Shown here: piece by piece, positions 12,667 to 23,439 of the stretch
Position numbering within the stretch: the stretch's first letter is position 1
Layout: the number at the start of each line of letters is the position of its first letter
Assembly: GCF_006345805.1 (NCBI RefSeq)
Contig: NC_042997.1
Location: forward strand, 75,392,001 to 75,456,000
Direction: 5' to 3'
Origin: Octopus sinensis
Lineage: Eukaryota
DNA length: 64,000 bases
The notes under the pieces: generated by a model
Seen by the model: the letters and a program-made list of their open reading frames with translations, nothing else
Database searches by the model: none
Told to the model about the DNA's origin: nothing
Made by a program: the position numbers and the translations under genes

Positions 12667-13237
12667 CATCATCATCATCATCGTTTAATGTTCGTTTTCC
12701 ATGCTAGCATGGGTTGGACGGTTCGACCGTGGTCTGGGAAGCTAGGAGGCTGCACCAGGTACCAGTCTGATCTGGCAGTGTTTCTACAGCTGGATGCCCT
12801 TCCTAATGCCAACCACTCCGAGAGTGTAGTGGGTGCTTCTTACGTGCCACCGGCACAGAGGCCAGAGCTGGCTGACAAACGGCGATGATCGGTTGGTGCT
12901 TTTACGTGACACCGACACGGACACCAGTCGGGTGGCACTGGCATCTGCCACGTTCGGACGGTGCTTTCAACGAGTCACCGGCACAGGTATCTTAACTGCA
13001 AATTCCATTTGATTTTCATTTTGATGTTGGTGTTAACGTACGTGACTCAATAGGTCTCCTCGAGGACAGTGGTTCACTACGATCCAAGGTTAGCACAGAA
13101 GGCCGTCCTGCAAGCCATGAACTCACTTCATTTGTCGGGTCTTCGAAGTCACAGCATATCTCCAGAGGACCCGGTCTTTCATCATAGCCTCTGTGAGGCT
13201 CACCGTACAAAGGTCATGCTTGACCACCTCGTCCCAT

Positions 13238-13240
<3 letters not shown>
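12667..13240 (-). mobile_element. RTE LINE 3' fragment
   Basis: (CAT)n at 12667, same 3' UTR, and [11 protein letters not shown] coding end. Confidence 0.85.
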
Positions 13241-13314
<74 letters not shown>

Positions 13315-13328
13315 TATATACACACACG

Positions 13329-13392
<64 letters not shown>

Positions 13393-13535
13393 CATACATA
13401 CATATACATGTATATATATATATACATACACATACATGTATATATATATACACACACACACACATACATGTATGTATATATATACACACACATGTATATA
13501 TATATACACACACACACACACATATATCTATATAT
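13241..13535. repeat. Compound (TC)n/(TA)n/(CA)n microsatellite
   Basis: Directly visible; source of many spurious YI-rich ORFs. Confidence 0.95.
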
Positions 13536-13689
13536 ATTTGTTAAATTGTTTCAGCTCTTAAGCTACGGTCATGCTGTTGGCTGTGCTACACCATTATTTA
13601 AAACCTCTTCTTACATGTGGTATTTCGTGAATGAGGGAGTTTGATACTGCTGCCCTCATCTGTGTTTCCTGCCTTTGTCTTTTGAAGGC

Positions 13690-14540
13690 ATATACATCCA
13701 CACCATGTAGGTCTCACAGGCATTTTGGAAGGTGTATACCACTGCATATCTTTCCTGCCTTCATTATAAGGAGAAACGTTTTAACTCTTTCAGTCTTTGC
13801 CAGTATCTGATAGGTTTCATCGAGGCAATTTTCTTTGTGTAGCTTTGTTGGATTGCTTCGAGTTTCCTCATTAATTTTATATTGTGTGGTAACCATAGTT
13901 AGGAGCAGTAGTCCAAGTAGTTCAAAATGTATGCACTCCAAAAGACAATTATTATTTCCTTTTCTCTCGTTTTGAAATTTCAAAGGAGCCGTTCACTTAG
14001 ACGTCTCCATTTTATTACCAAATTGGTAATATGCACTGGGAAAGTTGCATCATTGTTCATGCCATTGCGCAGGTCACACACTGATTTTGATTCAGGGATT
14101 GCAATTTCTCCCAGGTCAGTGTATCCTGTCTGTGTACCATACAACTTTGTGTGCAGGTAACGCAGGGCTTGGAATTTTCCTGCATTAAATTGCATAGTAC
14201 TGTCCTCAGCCCACCAGTATATTGCATCCAACTCCCATTACAAATGTGCAATATTTCAAGGATTTTGTATAATCTGAGAGACATTTGTGTCATCTGTATA
14301 GCTAGCAAGGGTGGCTATCTGAATAGCTAAGGGCATGTCTGAGAGAGCCACTATAAATAGCAGTGGCCCTAAGACAGTGCTCTGTGGAACACCATATACT
14401 ATTTGTCTTTCCTTTGAGGTGGCTCCATTGGCCACTACTGCATGACATTTATCTTTTAGAAAACCATGTAGCTACTCTTGGCATAGTTGAAAAACTAGGA
14501 GAAATTGCAATCCCTGTATCAAAATCAGTGCGTGACCTGA
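13690..14540 (-). mobile_element. CR1-clade LINE RT fragment with an inverted 5' junction
   Basis: ORF 13980-14231 (SMQFNA.KFQAL..GEIAIPESKSV.DL) is homologous to 53718-55048. Confidence 0.8.
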
Positions 14541-14779
14541 TTTTATAATGGGGTGAAAAGTTAGCCATTAAGATTTTGGTAGGGGCAGAAGGTATTTATG
14601 TCCACTAATTGAATAGATGAATTCTAGGTTAGGTCTGGTCAAGGAGAATATTTAATTCAGTGGTCAGTAGGGATAGCTAAAAATAGATGCCTAGCTTAAG
14701 GGGGTATATATTGGATAAAACTATAATTAAATGGATAAAGGATATGCATTAAGGAATTTAAAATTAAAAAATTAAAGTT

Positions 14780-15250
14780 TTAAAGCTAGGTAGCTTCTAA
14801 GTTACTAAACGTACATATATCATAACAATCGTGGATGCATATTGGCAAGTGTTATGTGTGTTGATTGTGCTTGCATTTGGACTTATGGAAGAATCTAAAT
14901 GTGTGATAAAACTTGTGTTTACATGTAGAAAATGCTTTGTGTTATTGAGTAATTGCAGTGAATTATGAATTAATATTTGGCAGGCTTCTTTCAGGCAGAG
15001 TCCCATACCAAGGCCAGCATCTTGGTATGGGATACCAGATTCTATTATAGCTCAGGATATCCTATATGGTACTTTCCTACTTAACAGATTTTGTACATGG
15101 TTGGCTAGGGATGTGGATTTGCTATGCTACTCATATTTGATTTTAGATGTGCAGAATATCTCTGATTAAAATTAATAGTAGACTCGATGTTGTAGCTAGT
15201 AGCATTATGTAACATGTTGTGGACAATGCATTGTCCACTTTAGCTTATCC
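14780..15250 (-). mobile_element. Probable Penelope-like GIY-YIG region remnant
   Basis: Weak F.C.S.N.IY.I.C-like translation; highly decayed. Confidence 0.35.
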
Positions 15251-15695
15251 ATAAATAGTACAACATCTTCCTTTTCCACAACTAACCCACATAAGACAAA
15301 TAGCTGCAACTGCCGGTCTTGGACTGAATGCCTGCTGCAAGCCCACTGCAGAGGGTTTAACATTTAGCAGCACCAGCATGGGTGCTTTTGAAGTGACACC
15401 AGTATGTGTATGTGTGGAAGAGAGCAATTTTACTTAGCTTGATGCATCTTACCAAGTACAACAAATCACCACATCTCCCAGTCCTTTGTCAATTTCTCAG
15501 TAAGGCCCAGCATCCAAAGATCCTTTCTCACCACTTCTTCCCATGTGTTCCTGAGTCTACCTCTCTTACAATTAGAGCTTGGCACTTCTCTATGCTGCTA
15601 CAGATACACACACACACACATATTTATATTTAATAGCTGCCACAGTATCTCTAATATAACTACATTGATTTTAGTATTTTATTATAATTTTTTAG

Positions 15696-15886
15696 GAATT
15701 GTTCATTTCCTGGGCTTCTTAAGCAAACTAAACCATGGGTTAAGCTATCTGGATTTGTCAAAGACTGGCTTGACAGGCAAAGGTATCAACAAACTTTCTG
15801 AGACAATGACTGAAAGTTCTGTTATACAAAAATCTTTGAAAACTCTTAAGATTGCAGATAATCCAATGAAAGGAGAAGATATGAGG
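15696..15886 (+). CDS. CARMIL: CARMIL/LRRC16 internal exon B
   Basis: ttttAG acceptor and GTAAGT donor; phase 1 in, phase 0 out. Encodes (G)IVHFLGFLSKLNHGLSYLDLSKTGLTGKGINKLSETMTESSVIQKSLKTLKIADNPMKGEDMR with LxxLDLSxT LRR motifs. Confidence 0.9.
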
Positions 15887-16615
15887 GTAAGTCTTTTAAA
15901 CTAATATACCAAGGAAAGTAATTTGTTGTATTATTGAGCAAAGTATTAGACCAGGTATCAATTTCCTTCTGGAAATTAATCGAGAATGAAATGAGAGTAG
16001 TCCCATATAGTGCTACAGAATTAATATAGTTCTATATATTTCAGAAATTAGGCATAATCAGAGATATTATACACAGAACTTGTTCATGAAAGGTGTGTGT
16101 CTCTGTGTTGTTTTTTGAAAGATGTTGAATAGAGATAATTTCTTTAGACATTTATTTGTTTTCCTCTTGTTAATTTCTCTTAATCTCGTGCATCAAGTGA
16201 AATGTAATCTTAAGGTTAGTAGTAAGAATGTAGTTCACTATTTTCTGAAATATGCTAATTTTAAGGTAGTAATTTTACCCCTTTTTAATATATGCTGCAT
16301 TTGTTTTAATTAATTTTTTTAAAAAATGAAGAATTTAGTAAAATAACTTCTTCGTTATTAAACTTTTGTTACTAAGCTGGCTGAAAAATTTTTGGGTTCA
16401 TAAGACCAACACAGCCGTAGATGACTGAGAGTACCCGTTGTTATTTAAATGTAAATTTGAACCCAAATCTCGTTAGTACATTCGTGAAAACACATGATTT
16501 CACTTTGCAAACAGCTGACTTATTGTATCCAATATTGTTTGGCGTGATATTTCAACTCGGTGAATTTTGGAAGATTTTTTTTCCACATTTTTTTCGGTGT
16601 TAATTTTTTTCAATT

Positions 16616-18231
16616 TTGAAAATGGAGAGGAGCTTTATGCTATCAAGCAGTGATTCCAAATTTGAAGGCTTTTCAACAGAAGACATGGAGATATCGCGGA
16701 AAAGAATGAATGAGGTAGAAAAGCATGTGGCGGATGAAAATGAATTGGATATTTCTGTATCCGAAACCGAAAGCTGCGATTCTGGAGAAACTGAAAGCGG
16801 CGACAGCAACATCAACAGCGAGGATGATTTCACACCAGAATGGTGTAAAAACTTAAAAAACGTTTTTATTAACAATTTTTCTGAGGAGACAGGGTCTACC
16901 GATAGTCTTTCTCAGGAAGTGAAACCATTAGACTTTTCCTTTTTATTTTTTCCAGCATGCTTGTTTGAAGCAATCACTACGGAAACGAGCCATTATGCAG
17001 AATGTGAACAAGCTGGAAAAAAAGATAGCTTGTGCTTTCCTACAACTGTAGATGAAATACGGGCATTTTTGCCATAAATATTATTATGGGTATAAGACAG
17101 TTACCCAGAATTACAAATTACTGGAGCAGTCAGAAACCTTTTGGCGATCAGTATGTTTCCAGTATTATGACCCGAATACGATTTGTGAAACTGAACCAGT
17201 ATTTACATGTGAGAGACACTAGCAGTACCCCAGTATGTGGAGAACCAAACTTTGATCCCTTATTTAAAATAAGACCCCTCATCGACTGCGTTCAAAATAC
17301 ATATAAAACATTTTACAACCCTGGGAGATACTTATCTGTCAATGAGGGCATGGTTGGGTTTAAAGGAAGAGTATGCTTCCAACAGTATATGCCAGTAAAG
17401 CCCACAAAATGGGGGATCAAAGTTTTGGTACTGCTGTGGATTTAGCTTCTCTACAGGGAAAAGAGACAGTAATGTTAGTCAACATGGCGTAGGGTACAAT
17501 CTGGTCTGGAATTTATCACTTTCATACCATAACCTGGGCCGTATATTATTTTTTGACCGACTTTTTTAGTTCGGTCAAACTTGCAGTGGATTTAGAAGCT
17601 GTGGCAACATATAAATGTGCTACAGTAATTGCTAGTAGAAAAGGGCTGCCGTTGGATATGAAAAAAGCAAAATTTAAAAAAAAGAGGTGAAATAATCCAA
17701 CGGCAGAAAGGAAATCTGCTAGTGACCACATACACAGATAAGAGGCAGATAAATTTTCTATCTACCAGTGCATAACTATGTGTAGATGAAAACGGCACCC
17801 CGTTTGTGAACCTTGATCATAACAAGTATATGGGCGGTGTGGATCAGCTGAACCAGATGATGAGTTATTATCCAGTTGGTAGACCGAGTATTAAAGGGTT
17901 TGATACATGAGCCTTGCATTTATATTATATACCAAATCAAGAGGGGGTTCACAATCGGTGCGACCATCTGCAGTTTCGAGCAGATGTAGCAAAGCAGTTG
18001 AGGGCAGATTATTCCTCCAAAAAAATAACTGCAGGAAGGAAAAGCAAAGCATGCCAGAGAGATATTCCTCTGAGTTTAGCCAGTCTACATAAATTAGAAA
18101 AAATTGGGTATCAACAAAGAAAAACTCCCAGTAGACAGCCATTTGAAATGTCTTTCCAATGTGCATTCTGCAAGGTTGCAGTATGTAGAGTGGGATGTTT
18201 TACAACTTCCCATGATAGAAATATTGTGTGA
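16616..18231 (+). mobile_element. piggyBac (PGBD4-like, DDE_Tnp_1_7) transposase pseudogene
   Basis: ORFs 16616-17077 and 17086-17445 (DPLFKIRPLID, SVNEGMVGFKGR..QYMPVKPTKWGIK), then YNKYMGGVDQ and a C-terminal CAFCKVAVC..C..F. Several frameshifts; TIRs not identified. Confidence 0.88.
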
Positions 18232-19327
18232 ATATTGTTTGTATATATGTATAAATATTTTTGTATAAATATTGTGTGAATATTGTGTGAATATTTTTGT
18301 ATAAATATTGTGTGAATATTGTTTGTATATATGTATAAATATTTTTCAAATTTACTTAGTTTTACTTTTTATTTTAATTTACTTGTAATTCTAATTTGCC
18401 TGTAAGGTGAGTGACAAGTTTTGATTCAATTTCTATTGTAAATCTTTATTATATATGTTCCTGTGTATTCATGTATGTGTGTAAGTATATTTCATTTAGT
18501 TGTATTTAATTTTCTAGTTTTCTTCAAAAACGAATTCCAGTATTTCAGTTTATTTTACCTTTATGGTACTCCTGTTCTTCTGTGCATTAAATTCAACTGA
18601 TAATCTAGTGATGTGTACAATTCTTCTATATCAAAATTTTCTTGCATACCCAATTAAATATTAGCTGATGACTCATTTTCTATGATAATGTTTAAACAAA
18701 ATTTTAATATTTTTACATTTTGCTCAGTTTACCTGGATTTACCTGTAATTAGAGTCACTTTGAGACAAAAATTATGCAATAGAATTGATTAAGAACCCTT
18801 TCTTCAATTATGTTCCAGATATCACATTAATATGTTGATAAGTAAAAAAGTTACAGTTGTTTAATAAAACTAGTCTAAATTCATGATTATTTTAGAATTT
18901 TTACTGAAACTCGAGGGGTGTATTTTGGTTAGAAATATAGTAACTAAAGGGTTAAACTGGAACAATATAGCATAGAATTTTGATGGAAGATTATAATTTA
19001 GGCCACTTTAAAACAGTAAGTTTATGTTATAGAACTTTAGGTGATTTCAGGTGGATTGATATCAAAGGGGTTAAACCAATTTCAAAATTATCTATTTAAC
19101 TTTTGACTGTGATTATATCCATTATCTTGTATCATGGACAAGAATTTACAAAAAAACAAAAAACTTTGTATTGAACAGTGGAACTAAATACATTTTGGGA
19201 GTGGCTATAACTAAGTAAATTAAATATTACATTAAGCTTCTGGGTTGTGATTTTGTAGCCTTGTAGATGCCAGCACTGTATTGTGTTCAAAAATATTAAT
19301 TACATCACTCTCTATCTTGTTTTTCAG

Positions 19328-19405
19328 AATCTATGTAAATTTTTAGCAACATCAAATGTTCTGACCCACCTAGATCTGTCTGGGCTGGAAATACCTCTTG
19401 AAATG
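19328..19405 (+). CDS. CARMIL: CARMIL/LRRC16 internal exon C
   Basis: ttttcAG acceptor and GTGAGA donor; 78 nt, phase 0/0. Encodes NLCKFLATSNVLTHLDLSGLEIPLEM (cf. [26 protein letters not shown], recalled). Confidence 0.88.
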
Positions 19406-20221
19406 GTGAGAAATAATTTTTAAAATTTCTTTTCCAGTATTTGATACTCATTTTTTTTTTCATTATACTGATGAGCATTATTCTGACGAGCATTATTCTG
19501 ATGGATTCTGTTGTCATGAACGACAAATGAGGGTTCAGTAAAATAAAGTATTAATTATGTTCTATGGACACAAACATGTCTCTTGAGGCCTGCTGGTGCC
19601 TTACCACCTTTTTGGCAAATGGAACAAGTTGAAGACTCAGTTTGCTTGAGTGCCAGTGGATCATATATTTTATGTGCTTTCTTGAGTGGACAGCAAGGCC
19701 TGCTTTGCTTCATGCCACAAAACGATAATGACAGCTAAGGTTTCCTTTTGAGGAGCAGTGTTTTGCCAGCATGCCATCATGCTTGCACGAAGTTGGTCCT
19801 GGTGTTGGATTCAACTTTGCTCAAATCTTTGAACTGTGGAGAAGCAGGATTGGCACTAGGTCCTGCGTTTTGATGTTTTATTTTCTCAGGAAAAAATGGG
19901 TATGTTACATCGCTTCAGGTTGTCTTTTAGTTTGTCTTTGAAGTGCAAGAGTGGTTTTTCCAACTGACCTTTCTGTTGGGAATAGGCAAAAGAGAAGTTG
20001 CTTCAGAATTCTGATATCACTCATACATGGGAGATGACCTGACCATCTAACTGTGTTTTGATGAGGATGACTTCAATATTTGATATGTTGCATTTTGTTA
20101 GTATCTCACTGTAATAAATACGGTCACTCAGTTTTGTGTTGGAGATAGTATGCAAGGATTACATGTGTGTACATATGTACATATTGCTTTCTATATTCTT
20201 AAATCTCATATATTTTTACAT

Positions 20222-20957
20222 ATCTCTTATTATAAAAGGCAGATTTTATCTGCCTCCCTTTGTCAGTTATAGAAATCTACAATATAGGATTTCTTCAATT
20301 ACAATTTACCTAGCATTTTTAAGAGTAGAATGCATCGGGTCATGCCAGGTCCAGTTTTTAAAATTTAAACTCCAATTAAGCAAAATTTACAGAAAACTCA
20401 CATTCTGGTGTGTATGTCAAATGCTTTTCTTAATGTGGTTTACACCACACGCACACGCACACACACAGTGTGCAACGAATAAAATGAAAGTAATTCACTG
20501 TGTGTGTGTTGACAGGTAGACAATAGAATGCGATGGCAATGTAATATTTGTTTCTGTCTATCACGCTGATAGATACATGAGTAAAATGTATCTCTTATTA
20601 TAAAAGGCAGATTTTATCTGCCTCCCTTTGTCAGTTATAGAAATCTACAATATAGGATTTCTTCAATTACAATTTACCTAGCATTTTTAAGAGTAGAATG
20701 CATCGGGTCATGCCAGGTCCAGTTTTTAAAATTTAAACTCCAATTAAGCAAAATTTACAGAAAACTCACATTCTGGTGTGTATGTCAAATGCTTTTCTTA
20801 ATGTGGTTTACACCACACGCACACGCACACACACAGTGTGCAACGAATAAAATGAAAGTAATTCACTGTGTGTGTGTTGACAGGTAGACAATAGAATGCG
20901 ATGGCGATGTAATATTTGTTTCTGTCTATCACGCTGATAGATACATGAGTAAAATGT
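20222..20957 (+). mobile_element. Head-to-tail duplication (2 x 368 bp) of a Helitron-like 5' end
   Basis: Units 20222-20589 and 20590-20957 both start a|TCTCTTATTATAAAAGGCAG; one substitution seen between them. Confidence 0.75.
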
Positions 20958-21078
20958 ATGGCAAGCTAAGAGATAAGAGTGAGTGAAAATGTTCTTGGAA
21001 GAGAGTAAATAGCAAGAGTGATTTGAGGAAGACTTTACATTAAATAACCGTAGTGGCTTGTATATATATATATATACA

Positions 21079-21343
21079 TACATAAGACAGTAAGGTGTGA
21101 TTTGAGTGAGATTTGGCTGCTATTTCTACCATGTCTAGCTGCCATGTAGGGGTCTCCCTCATAGGCTCATACATACATATATACATAGATAAGACAGTAA
21201 GGTGTGATTTGGGGGAAATTTGGCTGCTATTTCTACCAGGTCTAGCTACCATGTAGAGGTCCCCCTCATTGGCTCATATATATACATACATAAGACAGTA
21301 AGGTGTGATTTGAGGGAGATTTGGCTGCTGTTTCTACCAGGTC
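21079..21343. repeat. Three tandem units of about 100-110 bp of a dispersed repeat
   Basis: ataagacagtaaggtgtgatttgag..atttggctgctatttctacca at about 21079, 21188 and 21288. Confidence 0.8.
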
Positions 21344-21411
21344 TGTTAGGCCTTCTCATGTAAACTCAAGCTTTCTCATGCCTTGAACATAAGACCAAAG
21401 CAGAGAATGTA

Positions 21412-21660
21412 TTCTTTTATTCTTCTGCTTTTTCCAGCCATTGGTCTGTGGCCATGCTGGGGCAATGCCTTGAAGAATTGTAGTTTAATGAATCAACTCC
21501 AGTTTTATTTTTGTAAGCATTGTACTTATTCTATCTGTTTCCTTTGTCAAACCACTAGGTGACAGGGATGTAAACAAACCAACATTCGTTGTCAAGCAGT
21601 GGTGGAGGACAATCACAAGCACAGACACGCACACACACACACATACATGAATACACATAT
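21412..21660 (-). mobile_element. tRNA-SINE 3' half, diverged
   Basis: Similar to 38527-38740. Confidence 0.7.
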
Positions 21661-21709
21661 ACACACATACATACATAAATACATATATATATATGTGTGT
21701 ATATATATA

Positions 21710-21968
21710 TTGCAGCGTGGAAGGTGTTTGTAAGCCATTTAAGAAACACACAAAAACCGTTAGATTCACTTCAACATTTAAATTTAATTTGCCAAAATAT
21801 TTTCCTCGCTTTGAGACCGCGACCTGTTCACTGACAAAAATATTGTGCTAACAGGTCGCGGTCTCAAAGCGACGAAAATATTTTGACAAATTAAATTTAA
21901 ATGTTGAAGTGAATCTAACGGTTTTTGTGTGTTTCTTAAATGGCTTATAAACACCTTCAACGCTGCAA
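21710..21968. repeat. Fold-back element, 119-bp arms, 21-nt spacer, between (TA)n tracts
   Basis: 21710-21828 and 21850-21968 are inverted with about 4 mismatches. Confidence 0.92.
21788..21838 (-). ncRNA. Hammerhead-like motif with a G3:C8 swapped core
   Basis: tttgtca GTGAACA g gtcgc ggtctcaaa gcgag GAAA ATATTT tggcaaa. The mirror arm supplies gcgac and tgacaaa, i.e. perfect stems I and II. Confidence 0.55.
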
Positions 21969-22128
21969 CTGTTTTCGTTCCAGCACACGATCTCAGATCA
22001 AGTCACTTGCTATGCAAGTACATCTCTGTAACTATATATATATTTATATATATATATATGTATATTGGTAAAAACAGTAAGATAACAAAAGAAAGAAAGA
22101 GACCTCAATATTATGTAAATAGAGGAAA

Positions 22129-22523
22129 TCTTTATATATAAAAGTGAGGTTGTGTGTCTGTCTCCTACGATTTAGATTCCTAACTACTCCCACATTTTGC
22201 GGTGCAGTTTAACCAAAACCGGGTATCTTGTAGTCGTGTTTCATATCGAGACCGTCTGGGTATTAGCGCGCGTCTACGATGAGTCTACGATTTAAAAAAA
22301 AATTTACCATCAATTTTTCCCATTTTTAATCCATTTTTGACATATATAAGGGAAGTAACTCTCTAAAATTTATTATTAAATCTCAGAACGTAAAAAGCTA
22401 CAGTAACACCCCTCCCCCTTTGTGGTTAGCCATATTGAGATGGCTATTATACTTTACATCTCTAAAAATGCTTATATAATTATTTCCCTTACAAACCCGA
22501 GCAACGCCGGGCGATACTGCTAG
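22129..22523 (+). mobile_element. Non-autonomous Helitron
   Basis: Starts A|TC(tttatatataaaa) and ends with a GC-rich hairpin cccgagcaacgccggg followed by CTAG|T. Confidence 0.85.
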
Positions 22524-22569
22524 TATATATATAAAAGTTTAAAAATATATATATATATGTGTGTGTGTG

Positions 22570-23190
22570 TATATATATATATAATTCAACTAGCTCCTCC
22601 ATTCTTGACTACCTACATGCTAAACTCCATTGCTAAAAATAACTCCACAGCCACTGACCTTAGCCAGAATGGACACAATCATTTACTATTAAATTTCCTC
22701 CCCAACACCTACAGACAAGAATACTACCATCAGCACCTACTACTCTCTTTAAATACCTTTTCATTTTGCTCTATTTTGTTTATTTTTTACTCTATCTTCC
22801 TCTACCTCCCCCCTCCCCCTCCCACTCTATCTACCTCTCTTTCTATCTATTTACTTTTCTTCCTTTTACCACTTAATAGCCACCTCCACTGCCATTCTGT
22901 TATTTAACATTGATATGTTTACGTCTTTTTTCTGTGGATGTTTACAATATCAGGATTGCACCTGAACTTGTTTCTGTAGCATCAGAAAGTTGAACTATGA
23001 ACTTTTATGCTTCTTTTTTCTTCTCTCTCTTCATCTTCCTTTACTCCATTTTTCCTACGTCTTCATTTCATTAATCTATACCCTCCTCGTTTTCCCTATT
23101 TTTCCCTGATGATAGAATATAAAATACTTGGGGATATTCCAGAAACAGCTGTAAAACTTTGAATTTTTTCCAGTAATAATAATGTATATG
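22570..23190 (+). mobile_element. Penelope-like element 3' end/pLTR remnant
   Basis: Decayed ORF end (RQEYYHQHLL.SLN), low-complexity pLTR-like DNA and an HHR-like motif at 23106-23153. Confidence 0.45.
23106..23153 (+). ncRNA. Degenerate minimal hammerhead motif
   Basis: CTGATGA tagaatat..atattcca GAAAC AGCT GTA; stem II pairs 7/8, palindromic AGCT loop, stem I poor. Confidence 0.45.
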
Positions 23191-23397
23191 ACTTGAGATG
23201 TTTGCCTTGCCTTAGTGTTTGTTGTCCTCTTTAACAATTATATATCTGCCGCATCAAAAATCTGCAATGGTTCCATAACTACCGTCTCGGCTATAGCATT
23301 GGAGCCATAGAAATCCGTTACACCACTTACTTAGCATACCTAACTGTTTAGATCACCTGTGAACTAAACCCCCATACTTGGAATATATATATGTGTG

Positions 23398-23438
<41 letters not shown>

Positions 23439-23439
23439 T

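Noticed and set aside
13069-13644. Several ORFs of 100-190 aa (YIYI/VCVC-rich)
   Set aside because: Products of (TA)n/(CA)n/(TC)n microsatellites lacking stops; no coding signal.
19468-19504. CTGATGAG/CTGACGAG motifs as a hammerhead
   Set aside because: A 15-bp tandem repeat with no downstream GAAA or stems.
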